A DNA stretch of 63,107 nt, filler included, from Octopus bimaculoides (GCF_001194135.2; 10 parts of 10 records of this genome joined end to end with filler, not necessarily neighbours in it), one strand, 5' to 3'. Counted from the first letter of the whole stretch, positions 1 to 13,901 are shown. Notes: a model not told the origin generated them from the letters alone. Numbers and translations are program-made.

Positions 1-39
<39 letters not shown>

Positions 40-697
40 GTGTATACACATGGATACATATGAATATACACTGATATCCGTATGTGTATGAATGTGTATA
101 CGAATTTCCTTTTGATTGCAAGGCAAAATAGACATTGAAAAGAGGTATTGATGAGTCACATAGGTCTGTTTATCTTAATATTAAGAAATGTCCCCTGATA
201 TATCAACCAAAGAGAACACGATCAGAGGATAATGGTCGCATAATGTAAACCACAAATGATGTTCGGAAATGAAAAAAAAAAGAAAAGAAATAAGTTAAAA
301 TAGAACGAACTAAAGGAGAAGGAGAGAAAGAAAGAAAAAGAGATGTAACTAGAAAATGGCAACATTATGAAAAGTAATAACAAATATAATATCAAAGATT
401 AATTGGTCCAGATTCGCCAAAGATGTCAATCGATTCAAGTAGGTATAGACACACGCTTAGTTTTTCACAGATGGTCACATACGCCCAGACACTGACACAC
501 GGACACACACACTTAGAGAAACACATACGCACAGACAAACACGTGTGTGTCTGATACATTGATAATGACATAAATATGTAGATAAATATGTTATGTTTCA
601 TATATCATGACAAATACATTAGCGTCTGTGTATACAGCCGGGCATTATATACATACATATATACATACACACATGCATTCATAGATAAATACGTGTG

Positions 698-735
<38 letters not shown>

Positions 736-1204
736 NNNNNNNNNNNNNNNNNNNNNNNNNNNNNNNNNNNNNNNNNNNNNNNNNNNNNNNNNNNNNNNNN
801 NNNNNNNNNNNNNNNNNNNNNNNNNNNNNNNNNNNNNNNNNNNNNNNNNNNNNNNNNNNNNNNNNNNNNNNNNNNNNNNNNNNNNNNNNNNNNNNNNNNN
901 NNNNNNNNNNNNNNNNNNNNNNNNNNNNNNNNNNNNNNNNNNNNNNNNNNNNNNNNNNNNNNNNNNNNNNNNNNNNNNNNNNNNNNNNNNNNNNNNNNNN
1001 NNNNNNNNNNNNNNNNNNNNNNNNNNNNNNNNNNNNNNNNNNNNNNNNNNNNNNNNNNNNNNNNNNNNNNNNNNNNNNNNNNNNNNNNNNNNNNNNNNNN
1101 NNNNNNNNNNNNNNNNNNNNNNNNNNNNNNNNNNNNNNNNNNNNNNNNATATATGCGTGGGTCTACGAATAAAAGCTTACATGTATCATTGCCTTACTCT
1201 CTCG

Positions 1205-1286
<82 letters not shown>

Positions 1287-2309
1287 CTTTCACACAGTGT
1301 TTCATTTTATATAACTACATACCTCAAGAGACGCACATATAGTTCAATTAATATACGTCTCCACTACGTTACAAATGTCCTTGGTTGAATTCTTCAGTTA
1401 TCTTTACAAGCAGAAGTGTTCCACATTTTGTGTTTTACATTAACTTTGCAAATGATTTGCTAATATTTCAATTTTCGTTATAATGACCTAAAATATCGTG
1501 AACGTTAGATTTGCTGAATATCCGGTTGAAGGTATTTATAATGGTTGTGTTGCCAGCAGCTTGTTTTCCAATGCAGTGTGCCCGGGTTCAAACCTCTGGG
1601 AAATGTTTTCTGCTACAGCCCCGGGCCAACCAAGTACTTGTGAGTAGATTTGGAAGTTGGAATCTGAAATAATCTCGTCGTATATGTATATGTGTTTATG
1701 TGTATGTGTGTGTGTGTGTGAGTATTCGTGCCGTTGTGTGTGTATGTGTGCGTGCCTGTGTGTGTGTGTGCGGTATCAATATGTGTGTGCCATTATATAT
1801 GTGTTTGTCCCCACCACTAGTTGACACTACGGGTTGCTCTGTTCTTAGAAACTGAGTAGCTCGGTCAAAAAGATCATTAAGATAAGGATGACATCAAACA
1901 AAGTTCCGGCACAAATTCATTCGACTAAAAGCCGTCGAAGGGGATGCTTCTGCATGATCGCAATCCAATGATTGAAACAAGTAAATGCTAAAATGTAAAA
2001 ATCGCACTTTGGTAGAGTGTCATCTACTATACCAGCCTTCTGAGTGGATTTGGTGGACTGAGATTGAAAGAAGCCCGTCATATATATATNNNNNNNNNNN
2101 NNNNNNNNNNNNNNNNNNNNNNNNNNNNNNNNNNNNNNNNNNNNNNNNNNNNNNNNNNNNNNNNNNNNNNNNNNNNNNNNNNNNNNNNNNNNNNNNNNNN
2201 NNNTTTTGTGATTCGGTGATTATGATAACCATAGCAATTCTAATTCTGAGGTTGCCTCTGTGCGAAGGTATCTGAGTGGAATAAGTACGGCGATAGGAGA
2301 AGAAAATAT

Positions 2310-2367
2310 GATGATGGTGATGATGATGATGATGACGATTTTGGCGGTGGTAGTATGGTGGTGGTGG

Positions 2368-2407
<40 letters not shown>

Positions 2408-3140
2408 GATGAGTATGAGGATGATGATGGTGATGATGGTGATGATGATGATGATGAGGACGATGATATTGATGATGGTGATGATGTTGATGATGATGAT
2501 GACGATGATAATTGTGGTTGTGGTGCTGCTGATGATTACGGCGGTGGTGGGGTTCGTGTTGGTGGTGTTGGTGGTGGTGGTGGTGGTGGTGCTGCTGCTG
2601 CTGCTGATGATGATGATGATGGTGGTAATGGTGATGATGATGATGTTGACGACGAAAATGATGATGATTAGGAAGAGGAAAGCAATGATGATAATGATGA
2701 TGATGATGGTGATCTTCATCACTTTAGTGGTGGTGATGGTGGTGGTGATTGTGCAGTTTTTTTTTGTTTTTTTTTTCAAACCCATCATCATCATTATCAT
2801 CCTCAACATCACCATTCTCCTTATAACCTTCGTCACCGTCTCCTTCAATTTCGTCGATTATCGCCCGTGTCGATTTCATCATATTCCTCATCATCACCCA
2901 TGTCATCTTCGTCATCCATAATTCCTCCACCACCACCACCACCACCACCACCACCCTCTACCCCCGCATCTTCACCATCATCAGCATCATCATCACCATC
3001 ACCACTGTTGTCATAGTAGCTGTCGCAAGTGATTACGATGCAGACTAATGAACACATCACCAAAAATGAGTCGAGCAAAAAATTATTGACGATGAATTAC
3101 GTCTCACAACGTTGACCATACCACCATAATAACAACATAC
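2310..3140. repeat. Compound (GAT/GGT/GCT)n then (ATC/ACC)n microsatellite
   Basis: Direct reading; source of poly-M/V/I ORF artefacts. Confidence 0.95.
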
Positions 3141-3668
3141 TCTTTACCATCACCATCGTAATATCCAGAATCTAGTAATCGCTAGATAATCAGAAAATTC
3201 ATACATAACACGTGACTCACATTTAACATCCTTGTACGACAGAAGTTGATTCCCGAGGATTTTCATTTAATTTTTGTTATCATTTTTCCTTTTTCTTATT
3301 ATATATTATTACTATCGCAAGACGCCATGGCAAAATAGTAATTAGATCCATTCAAATATCGCTACAGGGTTCTCGAGACGCTGCCCAAGAAGCAATCATT
3401 TATTAACTAAGTGCTAACATTTACGTATCTATATTAAACAGCATGACTGAGAGGGTCCTTTGACGAGGGGAATCTATATTACTGTAGTTGATGTTTTCTA
3501 ATACTAATGTGAGAGTGTGTGTGTGTGTGTGTGTGAGTAGATGTATGTGTGTACATGTATAACATACATATATGTGTGTGCGTTTGTGTGTCTCTGTCTC
3601 TGTCTGTCTGTTCCTCTTTCTCTCTCTCACTCACTATATATATATATATATATATATATTGATATATG

Positions 3669-3705
<37 letters not shown>

Positions 3706-5152
3706 NNNNNNNNNNNNNNNNNNNNNNNNNNNNNNNNNNNNNNNNNNNNNNNNNNNNNNNNNNNNNNNNNNNNNNNNNNNNNNNNNNNNNNNNNNNNNNN
3801 NNNNNNNNNNNNNNNNNNNNNNNNNNNNNNNNNNNNNNNNNNNNNNNNNNNNNNNNNNNNNNNNNNNNNNNNNNNNNNNNNNNNNNNNNNNNNNNNNNNN
3901 NNNNNNNNNNNNNNNNNNNNNNNNNNNNNNNNNNNNNNNNNNNNNNNNNNNNNNNNNNNNNNNNNNNNNNNNNNNNNNNNNNNNNNNNNNNNNNNNNNNN
4001 NNNNNNNNNNNNNNNNNNNNNNNNNNNNNNNNNNNNNNNNNNNNNNNNNNNNNNNNNNNNNNNNNNNNNNNNNNNNNNNNNNNNNNNNNNNNNNNNNNNN
4101 NNNNNNNNNNNNNNNNNNNNNNNNNNNNATATATATATAGATAGATAGATAGATAGATAGATAAATAGATATTCATATGTATATATATATATATATATAT
4201 ATGTGTGTATATGTATATATATTTACATGGACATTTCTATATTTATTGATATATATAGATAGATAAGGCGATAAGGTACACATATATATAGATATCTATA
4301 GGTATGTATATATGAATATGTGTGTGTATGTGTGTGTGTGTTTGCATGTATGTATTTATGAATGTGTCCATGTTTTTATGTATTAAATAGAATATAGATT
4401 GTATCTTTAATATCACGTATATTTCAGACGTATATNNNNNNNNNNNNNNNNNNNNNNNNNNNNNNNNNNNNNNNNNNNNNNNNNNNNNNNNNNNNNNNNN
4501 NNNNNNNNNNNNNNNNNNNNNNNNNNNNNNNNNNNNNNNNNNNNNNNNNNNNNNNNNNNNNNNNNNNNNNNNNNNNNNNNNNNNNNNNNNNNNNNNNNNN
4601 NNNNNNNNNNNNNNNNNNNNNNNNNNNNNNNNNNNNNNNNNNNNNNNNNNNNNNNNNNNNNNNNNNNNNNNNNNNNNNNNNNNNNNNNNNNNNNNNNNNN
4701 NNNNNNNNNNNNNNNNNNNNNNNNNNNNNNNNNNNNNNNNNNNNNNNNNNNNNNNNNNNNNNNNNNNNNNNNNNNNNNNNNNNNNNNNNNNNNNNNNNNN
4801 NNNNNNNNNNNNNNNNNNNNNNNNNNNNNNNNNNNNNNNNNNNNNNNNNNNNNNNNNNNNNNNNNNNNNNNNNNNNNNNNNNNNNNNNNNNNNNNNNNNN
4901 NNNNNNNNNNNNTATATATATATTGCATGTGCTTGTGTGTGAGTGTGTGACTGTATATAGGTCCTCACATCGATATTCAGGCACATATATACCCACGCTC
5001 GCGCGTGCACATCTGTGGATTTCTCCCAGTTTTTGTCATATCTTCTCTACATATATATATATGAATACTGCGTATAACCACATACGAATCTAGATTGGTG
5101 TGTGGGCATATATACATGCATACGTACATACATACATACATACATACACACG

Positions 5153-5200
<48 letters not shown>

Positions 5201-6017
5201 GCTGTGTTTGTGCATATGTGTGTGAGTGTGTGGTTGTATATATATTTTATGCACATGCGCTCATATTCACACACGTATATATAGACAGACTCAGATATAT
5301 TACCCAATTACATGTAAGTAATGGAAGCTCAATTTGCCAATAATCTCCTAATGATTCCGACGGTCATCCAATATACATACGTATATACATAGATACGTGC
5401 ATGTGTACATACGGATATGCTTAGATGCATACATATATACATATTTATAATAACAGATGCGCATATATGTACAAAAATGTATACATAGATATACACCTAC
5501 ATATAAACTGTATGCGTGTATTCGTTACTAATTTTCTATTCGAAGTACATCGCAATTAGGATTTCCTACCGAAATATCATCATGGAATATCAGACGGAGA
5601 ACTTATCACATTTATTTCTTGCTACATATTTACACACTGAATTAAGAATATGACTTCAGGGGAGCCTTCAATATACTAAATCTCGATGCTGGAGGATTTT
5701 TGCATCTATAATATAGTGAAGTGCAATAACTCCCCGATCGATAGTTATGAAATGCACTTGTAAACCTAATCAGGAGAGATGGGGAGGCTCGTGGCTAAGT
5801 GGTTAAGGGTATTGAACTCATGGTCGTAAGATAGTAGATTCTATCTCAGCATCGGTCGATGCATTGTGTTCATGAGCAAAACACTTCATTTAACGTCACT
5901 CCAGGTCACTCAGCTCTCAAGAACGAGTAATCCTGTGATAGACCGGTGACCCGCCTATGCAAAATATATACGCCGAGAAACTGGCCCTCGTGACTCGGCA
6001 TGAGCCGAAAAGGCAAC

Positions 6018-6096
<79 letters not shown>

Positions 6097-6104
6097 TACT
6101 ACTA

Positions 6105-6330
6105 ACTCCTCCTTCGCGAATGTGGAGGTATTATTTTTAGTCATGTCTGTTAGTTTGCTTGTCCATGGACAAGATATCTAAAGAATCGCTGTATAGATTC
6201 GGATAAAACTTTTGGGCATGTTTGACCTCATGACTGGCACGAACTGTTTAAATTTTGGGATGGATCCGGTACTGGATAAAGATTCTAGATTATTTGTTAT
6301 ATCTACTTTACTTTGCATGAAGTAAAACGA
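6105..6330 (+). mobile_element. Possible Helentron/DINE-1-like non-autonomous element
   Basis: Starts after a T-rich tract with hairpin CCTCC..GGAGG followed by TATT(T)n and a GTCT/GTTT-like tract, similar to HINE 5' ends (recollection only). Confidence 0.4.
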
Positions 6331-6643
6331 TCATACGTTGACTTTCAAGTCTTTCTCTAATTATCTCCCCTGAAAGAACGCTAATGGTTTCCACGTAGGT
6401 TATGGCAGCATTCTATTTTCGTTTCTCTATTCTTAATTTTACTCTCGTCTCTGAATTAAAAGAAACTTATGGATAAATCAAACTACATAAACAAACGGAA
6501 GAAAAACCTTTCAGAAATTAAAGAACAGTGACATATTCAGTAACAATTATAAATTTAATTTACCCTCGAAAATTTTTAGTTTTACCAATTTCGAATATAT
6601 CGCTCTCGTTTAAAACCGCTTATCTACTTGATAATTGTATTTT

Positions 6644-7088
6644 GAGCTGGCAGAAACGTTAGCACGCTGGGCGAAATGCTTAGCGGTATTTCGTCTGCCG
6701 TTACGTTCTGAGTTCAAATTCTGCCGAGGTTGACTTTGCCTTTCATCCTTTGGGGGTCGATGAAGAAAGTACCTGTTACGCACTGGGGTTGATGTAATCG
6801 ATTTAATCCCTTTGTCTGTCATTGTTTGTCCCCTCTATGTTTAGCCCCTTGTGGGCAATAAAGAAATAAGAAACGTTAGCACGCCGGGCGAAATGCTTAG
6901 CAGTATTTCGTCTGTCTTTACGTTCTAAGTTCAAATTCCGCCGAGGTCGACTTTGCCTGTTATCCTTTCGGGGTCGATTAAATAAATACCAGTTACACAC
7001 TGGGGTCGATGTCATCGAATTAATCCCTTTGTCTGTCTTTGTTTGTCACCTCTATGTTCAGCCCGTTTTGGGCAACAAAGAAATAAAT
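6644..7088 (+). mobile_element. Head-to-tail dimer of SINE family 3
   Basis: Units 6644-6869 and 6870-7088; B box GAGTTCAAATTC, central GACTTTGCCTTTCATCCTTTCGGGGTCGAT domain, tail ...GGGCAATAAAGAAATAA. Confidence 0.85.
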
Positions 7089-7714
7089 ACTGCTATCGGA
7101 ATAGTTGAAAGAATAACAACATATGTGTCATTTCATTCCACGCATTATATCCAAACAAAGGTGATTTAAATGGAATTCAAGGACAACTTTGCACTTCATC
7201 ATTTCGGGTCGATAAAATAGGTACAAATAAAGCATTGGAGGGGTGGGTGGGTGATGTAATGGACAACGCTCTCACTACCAAAATCTCATACCTTGTGCCA
7301 ATAATGAAAAGAATTATCATTTATTTTATTTAATTTCTCAGATGTCTCGATCTTACTTGCTCTGGTACATGTTGAAAGCGGACAGCAACCTGTTGTCAAG
7401 TGACTTACAGGATCTGTGAGGGTCCCTTCTCATGAATTTTAATACTAGGTGATTAGCTGTTAAGTATCGGGGAAGATATTTAACACCCAGGTACCAAACT
7501 CAGCCCTTCCACAATAGAACGGGTTTTTATTTTTTGTTGCATACTTTACCTTCATGTCAATACCAATTTCTCTGAAACATTTCTCGTTGTTAGAACTCCG
7601 AGGGCCCCTGCAACTACTGAGATGGCAGTTACTCTTTAATTTCTGAGTTCTAGTCGGATTTAATCACTCATCCCCGTCCCCCGGATTGCAGCCCTTGTTG
7701 AAAATTAGAAATCA

Positions 7715-7851
7715 TTATCATTATTATTATAATTATTATTATCATTATTGTTATTACTATTCTTCTTCTTCTTCTTCTTCTTCTTCTTCTTCTTCTTCTT
7801 CTTCTTCTTCTTCTTCTTCTTCTTCTTCTTCTTCTTCTTCTTCTTCTTCTT

Positions 7852-7882
<31 letters not shown>

Positions 7883-7894
7883 TCATTATCATCA

Positions 7895-7956
<62 letters not shown>

Positions 7957-7975
7957 TGCATCACCATCGTCGTTA
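7715..7975. repeat. (TAT)n-(TTC)n-(TAT)n microsatellite with about 40 perfect TTC units
   Basis: Perfect TTC run at about 7760-7881. Confidence 0.95.
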
Positions 7976-8561
7976 TTACTGCCTCTCATCATTATTAGTT
8001 GTATCATTATTTTAAACAAAGAAAACAAAAACAAAAACAAACAAAATAAAGAACCCATACAAGAATACATTAATTAACTTCAGAAACATTCTACCCCTTA
8101 ACACTAACCGAAAACCAAGTCCAAAATGTCAGAGAAAACCTTTGGAATATTCCAGTATGAAACAAAGAATCTCATCTGCTGTACAAGAATTAAATGTCAA
8201 GCCGGCAGATTAATTATTGTCTTACTGAAAATATGACTAATCTGTTTCCTCGTTTATACAGATCTTAAGGGATATCAATACTATCAGATGGTTTTCTATA
8301 GAAGCTGTTCTATACCGTTTGATCCATGATATCATCTTTGGTTCCATATAAGCCTTAATTGGGCACTCACTGCTGATTTAGATTACATTACCACTTCACA
8401 GCTGTTTCGGTTTCACCAAATACGTGAGTGCGCGCGTGTGTTTGTGTCTTTTCTGTGTGTGCTCTTGTGTATCTACGTATATGTGTGTGTGTGTGTGTTT
8501 GTGCATATATACGTGTATATATGTGTGTATATATATGTTTCTATATATATGTATTTACGTA

Positions 8562-8616
<55 letters not shown>

Positions 8617-8716
8617 NNNNNNNNNNNNNNNNNNNNNNNNNNNNNNNNNNNNNNNNNNNNTTAATTAATTAANNNNNNNNNNNNNNNNNNNNNNNNNNNN
8701 NNNNNNNNNNNNNNNN
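8617..8716. other. Artificial join spacer 44N-TTAATTAATTAA-44N (one of nine)
   Basis: The 12-mer has stops in all six frames; found at 8661, 16505, 21163, 33674, 50586, 52532, 55418, 57692 and 60033, always centred in a 100-bp N block. Confidence 0.95.
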
Positions 8717-9007
8717 CGTTGCCAGGGCCGCTGGATTGGCTCTTGTGCGGGTAGCACATAAAATACACCATTTTGAGCGTGGCCGTTGTCAGTACCGCCT
8801 GACTGGCCTTTGTGCCGGTGGCAAGTAAAAGCACCTACTACATTCTCGGAGTGGTTGGTGTTAGGAAGGGCATCCAGCTGTAGAAACTCTACCAAATCAG
8901 ATCGGAGCCTGGTGTAGCCATCTGGTTTCACCAGTCCTCAGTCAAATCGTTCAACCTATGCTAGCATGGAAAGCGGACGTTAAACGGCGATGATGATGAT
9001 GATGATG
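8717..9007 (+). mobile_element. RTE 3'-UTR-derived short repeat with (ATG)n tail
   Basis: Matches the 3' UTR of the RTE at 17370-17720 (…CATGCTAGCATGGAAAGCGGACGTTAAACG(ATG)n). Confidence 0.8.
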
Positions 9008-9541
9008 AATGACATGACAGCCTTCTCTGTTTATATATTTTATCTTTTATTCACGTAAGCAACATGTAGCAGAAACATGTGTCGGTCGTTTTAACTAAGT
9101 AATTATGCTGTACTAACTCGACCCGTGAAAACTTCACCAGAAAACATTAAAAATGTAAGCATCTGTAAATAGAGACTTAATAACAATCAAATAATTATGT
9201 AGAAGCAGGACTCTGGGAAATTATACAAAATACAAAAATGTAAGCCTCTTTAAATAGTGACCATATTTAAGTATGGAATAATTTTTATTATTTTTATGTT
9301 ATAATACTAATAATCATAAGTTTTTATGCAATATAATCTGATAGTTTTGAAATTCAGCATTTCATATACATGCACATTGCTCACTTTCACACCTCCAGGA
9401 GGTGTGAGCGTTGAGGTCTTTTTTTAACTGGTACCACCCGTAGTCCAGGAGGTTTGAATATTGATGCCTTTTGTTTTTAAATGGTTCCAGCTATGGTCAT
9501 TGAGTTCCACACCCTCAGTGAGTTTTCTTGTCCTGTATGTA

Positions 9542-9581
<40 letters not shown>

Positions 9582-9645
9582 TGTATGTGTGTGTGTATGT
9601 GTGTGTGTGTATGTGTGTGTATGTGTGTGTGTATGTGTGTGTGTA

Positions 9646-9676
<31 letters not shown>

Positions 9677-10146
9677 ATGTATGAGAAGGTGCATGGCTCC
9701 AATGATGAGGTAGTAAGTTGAATTCCCGGACCAGGTTGTGTGTTGTGTTCTTGAACAAGACACTTTATTTCATATGGCTCTTTTTAACTCAGCTTTAGAA
9801 ATGGTTGTGACATCACAGGTGCCAAGCTGTATCAGCCTTTACCATTCCCTTGGATAACATCAGTGGCGTAGAGAGCAGAAGGCTGGTATGTATGGGTGAC
9901 TGCTAATCATCTGCAAAATTCTTCCTACAAACCTGCACTTCAAAGAGGAATTTTCTAATTCCTGGTTGGCCATGGCCAATGGAGGCCCTAAAACATTCTC
10001 TGTCTCTATCCACTTAACTTGTCCCTTGAGGTGGGCATGGCTAGAATGTCTTTGATCATAAGTCTGCAGAATGAGGCCACACTTGGTGGTGAGAAGATGG
10101 GGTTAAGGAACAATGTTAACAACAACAACAACAACAAAAATGAAAT

Positions 10147-10454
10147 AGGCACAGGAGTGGCTGTGTGGTAAGTAGCTTGCTTACCAACCACATGGTTCCG
10201 GGTTCAGTCCCACTGCGTGGCACCTTGGGCAAGTGTCTTCTACTATAGCCTCGGGCCGACCAAAGCCTTGTGAGTGGATTTGGTAGACGGAAACTGAAAG
10301 AAGCCCGTCGTATATATGTATATATATATGTATGTGTATGTATATGTTTGTGTGTCTGTGTTTGTCCCCCCACCATCGCTTGACAACCGATGCTGGTGTG
10401 TTTACGTCCCCGTAACTTAGCGGTTCGGCAAAAGAGACCGATAGAATAAGTACT
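10147..10454 (+). mobile_element. tRNA-derived SINE family 1
   Basis: A box TGGCTGTGTGG, B box GGTTCAGTCCC, CORE-like CCTTGGGCAAG, internal TA/TG tract; near-identical to 23640-24012 and 39643-39998. Confidence 0.85.
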
Positions 10455-10875
10455 NNNNNNNNNNNNNNNNNNNNNNNNNNNNNNNNNNNNNNNNNNNNNN
10501 NNNNNNNNNNNNNNNNNNNNNNNNNNNNNNNNNNNNNNNNNNNNNNNNNNNNNNNNNNNNNNNNNNNNNNNNNNNNNNNNNNNNNNNNNNNNNNNNNNNN
10601 NNNNNNNNNNNNNNNNNNNNNNNNNNNNNNNNNNNNNNNNNNNNNNNNNNNNNNNNNNNNNNNNNNNNNNNNNNNNNNNNNNNNNNNNNNNNNNNNNNNN
10701 NNNNNNNNNNNNNNNNNNNNNNNNNNNNNNNNNNNNNNNNNNNNNNNNNNNNNNNNNNNNNNNNNNNNNNNNNNNNNNNNNNNNNNNNNNNNNNNNNNNN
10801 NNNNNNNNNNNNNNNNNNNNNNNNNNNNNNNNNNNNNNNNNNNNNNNNNNNNNNNNNNNNNNNNNNNNNNNNNNN

Positions 10876-11583
10876 CCTCAGCAGAATTTGAACTCAGAAC
10901 CTAAAGACCATTAAGCGTCTTGCCTGCTGTGCCAATGATTTTGCTAGCTCATCACCTTAACAATAATCCTTTCTAGTAAAGGCACAAGGCCTGAAATTTT
11001 GGGGGAGGGGACTATTCGATTACATTGACCCCAGTACGTAACTGGTAATTATTTAATCGACCCTGAAAGGATGAAAGGCAAAGTCAACCTCAGTGGAATT
11101 TGAATTCAGAATGTAGCAACAGGCGAAATATCATTAAGCACTTCACCTGGCATGCTAACGATTCTGCCAGCTCGCTGCCTTAATAATAATAATGAGAATC
11201 CTTTCTATTGTAGGTATAAGGCCTGATATTTTGGGAGTGGGGCCTAGTAGACTATATTGCCCCCAGTGCTCTACAGGTACATCTTTCATCGAACACAAAA
11301 GGATAAAAGGCACAGTTGACCTCAGTGGAATTTGAACTCTGAACGTGAGGTCATATGATATACCACTAAACACTTTTCCCAGCATGTTAATGATTCTGCC
11401 AGCTCGCTGCCTTATATATAGATTTCAAATTCTGGTACAAGACTAGCAAGTTCAGGGAAGGGCTGAGACAATTAAATCAACCCCAGTATTTAACTGGTAC
11501 TTATTCTATTGACCCCAGTAGAATTTGAACTCAGAATGCTGTAAAGCATTTTGCCCAGTGTTCTTCTGCCGGCTCGCTGCCTA
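10876..11583 (-). mobile_element. Tandem array of about four SINE family 3 units
   Basis: Repeated AATTTGAACTC...TTCTGCCAGCTCGCTGCCTT modules with boundaries near 10960, 11181, 11414. Other copies near 19020-19218, 45612-45830, 48215-48410, 55243-55372, 60765-60920. Confidence 0.75.
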
Positions 11584-12511
11584 GGGGTTTCAGCTAAAAT
11601 ATTGCAAAGGGCACTTGATGATATTGGATTGACTNNNNNNNNNNNNNNNNNNNNNNNNNNNNNNNNNNNNNNNNNNNNNNNNNNNNNNNNNNNNNNNNNN
11701 NNNNNNNNNNNNNNNNNNNNNNNNNNNNNNNNNNNNNNNNNNNNNNNNNNNNNNNNNNNNNNNNNNNNNNNNNNNNNNNNNNNNNNNNNNNNNNNNNNNN
11801 NNNNNNNNNNNNNNNNNNNNNNNNNNNNNNNNNNNNNNNNNNNNNNNNNNNNNNNNNNNNNNNNNNNNNNNNNNNNNNNNNNNNNNNNNNNNNNNNNNNN
11901 NNNNNNNNNNNNNNNNNNNNNNNNNNNNNNNNNNNNNNNNNNNNNNNNNNNNNNNNNNNNNNNNNNNNNNNNNNNNNNNNNNNNNNNNNNNNNNNNNNNN
12001 NNNNNNNNNNNNNNNNNNNNNNNNNNNNNNNNNNNNNNNNNNNNNNNNNNNNNNNNNNNNNNNNNNNNNNNNNNNNNNNNNNNNNNNNNNNNNNNNNNNN
12101 NNNNNNNNNNNNNNNNNNNNNNNNNNNNNNNNNNNNNNNNNNNNNNNNNNNNNNNNNNNNNNNNNNNNNNNNNNNNNNNNNNNNNNNNNNNNNNNNNNNN
12201 NNNNNNNNNNNNNNNNNNNNNNNNNNNNNNNNNNNNNNNNNNNNNNNNNNNNNNNNNNNNNNNNNNNNNNNNNNNNNNNNNNNNNNNNNNNNNNNNNNNN
12301 NNNNNNNNNNNNNNNNNNNNNNNNNNNNNNNNNNNNNNNNNNNNNNNNNNNNNNNNNNNNNNNNNNNNNNNNNNNNNNNNNNNNNNNNNNNNNNNNNNNN
12401 NNNNNNNNNNNNNNNNNNNNNNNNNNNNNNNNNNNNNNNNNNNNNNNNNNNNNNNNNNNNNNNNNNNNNNNNNNNNNNNNNCAAGCGTAATCACTACCAG
12501 CGTTGCCTTCT

Positions 12512-12838
12512 AGCACTTGTGCTGGTGGTATGTTAGAAAATCATTCGAGAGAGGTCGTTGCCAGTGCCGCTGGACTGGCTCCCATGCAGGTGGCATGTAA
12601 AAAACACCATTTTGAGCATGGCCGTTGCCAGTACTGTGTAACTGGCCCTCGTGCCGGTGGCACATAAAAGCACCCACTACACTCTCGGAGTGGTTGGCGT
12701 TAGGAAGGGCATCCAGTTGTAGAAACTCTACCAAATCAGATTGGAGCCTGGTGTAGCCATCTGGTTTCACCAGTCCTCAGTCAAATCGTCCAACCCATGC
12801 TAGCATGGAAAGCGGACGTTAAACGATGATGATGATGA
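12512..12838 (+). mobile_element. RTE 3'-UTR-derived short repeat
   Basis: Same family as 8717-9007. Further copies near 36875-37112(-), 38185-38358(+), 46843-46940(-), 50305-50541(-); older relatives near 16100-16303, 19365-19631, 37284-37460. Confidence 0.8.
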
Positions 12839-13822
12839 TACAGTACAGTACTGTTTTTACTTTGCAGATTTTCACCTACCACAGGAGGATTTTGGAACAT
12901 AACACCCACAATAGTCAAGGGATTCACATTGTTTTGAATTCATCATGCATTATCTTGTAGCTTTGAGATTTTATATTTAGAATGACATTATAGATGTGAG
13001 AGATCAGATCTGGCCAGTTTAGAATATTTGGGCTGGTTTTAATGCTGTGGGTTTGCATGTTCCTGTATTTTCTATTGACTCAGTTTCACTCATAGAGCTT
13101 AGTGGTGAACTGAGGCTGTTAAGGAAGAGACTTGCCTACAAGGTACCATGCAGACTCTGCATGACACAGCATGCTGACAAGCTGACCCTTCGAATTGCTT
13201 GTAGAACAAGTTTAACCTTTCGGTATCAAATTATTCTGTTAGATGTGTAAATGGTTGATAGTAACAATAGAGACATTAGTCTCTCTCTCTATCACCTTTT
13301 AACAAAATTATTTATTAGGAAACAGTAGAACAATTAACAACATAATAAAAATAAGTTTTATTTTGGTGATGCTTGACTTTACAAAACCTATATAATTCAG
13401 CCTGGCAGCCGCTGGTTGACCTGTAATCAGCATCTTGAGATTAAGTGCTTCGTTGAGGAGCAAGTTGTTGTCACATCGAAGGCATCATGCTAAAGAGGTT
13501 TAGAAAATGCGCGGAGCGCTTTAAGTACTGGTTTACTAAGGCTCCACAAGGCTCCGGCTGGGGATGGTGGCGAACCCTGCTGTACTCTTCCACCGCAACT
13601 TTCTCTCACTCATACTTCCTGTCTCTGTTGTGCTTGTAATTCAAAGGGTCAGCCTTGTTACACTCTGTGTCACGCTGAATATCCCCGAGAACTACGTTAA
13701 GGGTACACGTGTCTGTGGAGTGCTCAGCCACTAGCACGTTAATTTCACGAGCAGGCTGTTCCGTTGATCGGATCAACTGGAACCCTCGACGTCGTAAGCG
13801 ACGGAGTGCCAACAAACAAAAA

Positions 13823-13901
13823 CTACGCATGTGCACTCGAAGGGCTTCCGGGAAGGCAAGTCCTTTGCGCATGCGTAGATTGTACTTCCTTAATGGCGGC
13901 C
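13823..13901. promoter_or_regulatory. CpG-rich motif cluster: inverted NRF1-like sites, ETS-like CTTCCGG, YY1-like ATGGCGGCC
   Basis: CTACGCATGTGCA (13823) and TGCGCATGCGTAG (13866) in inverted orientation around CTTCCGGGAAG (13845); ATGGCGGCC at 13893. Confidence 0.35.

Noticed and set aside
7342-7450. Possible plus-strand exon after ttctcag
   Set aside because: All frames stop quickly, no recognisable protein, and phase is incompatible with the next candidate acceptor at about 8262.
8661-8672. Regularly recurring TTAATTAATTAA as a biological repeat or CRISPR-like array
   Set aside because: Always centred in 100-bp N blocks; assembly linker.
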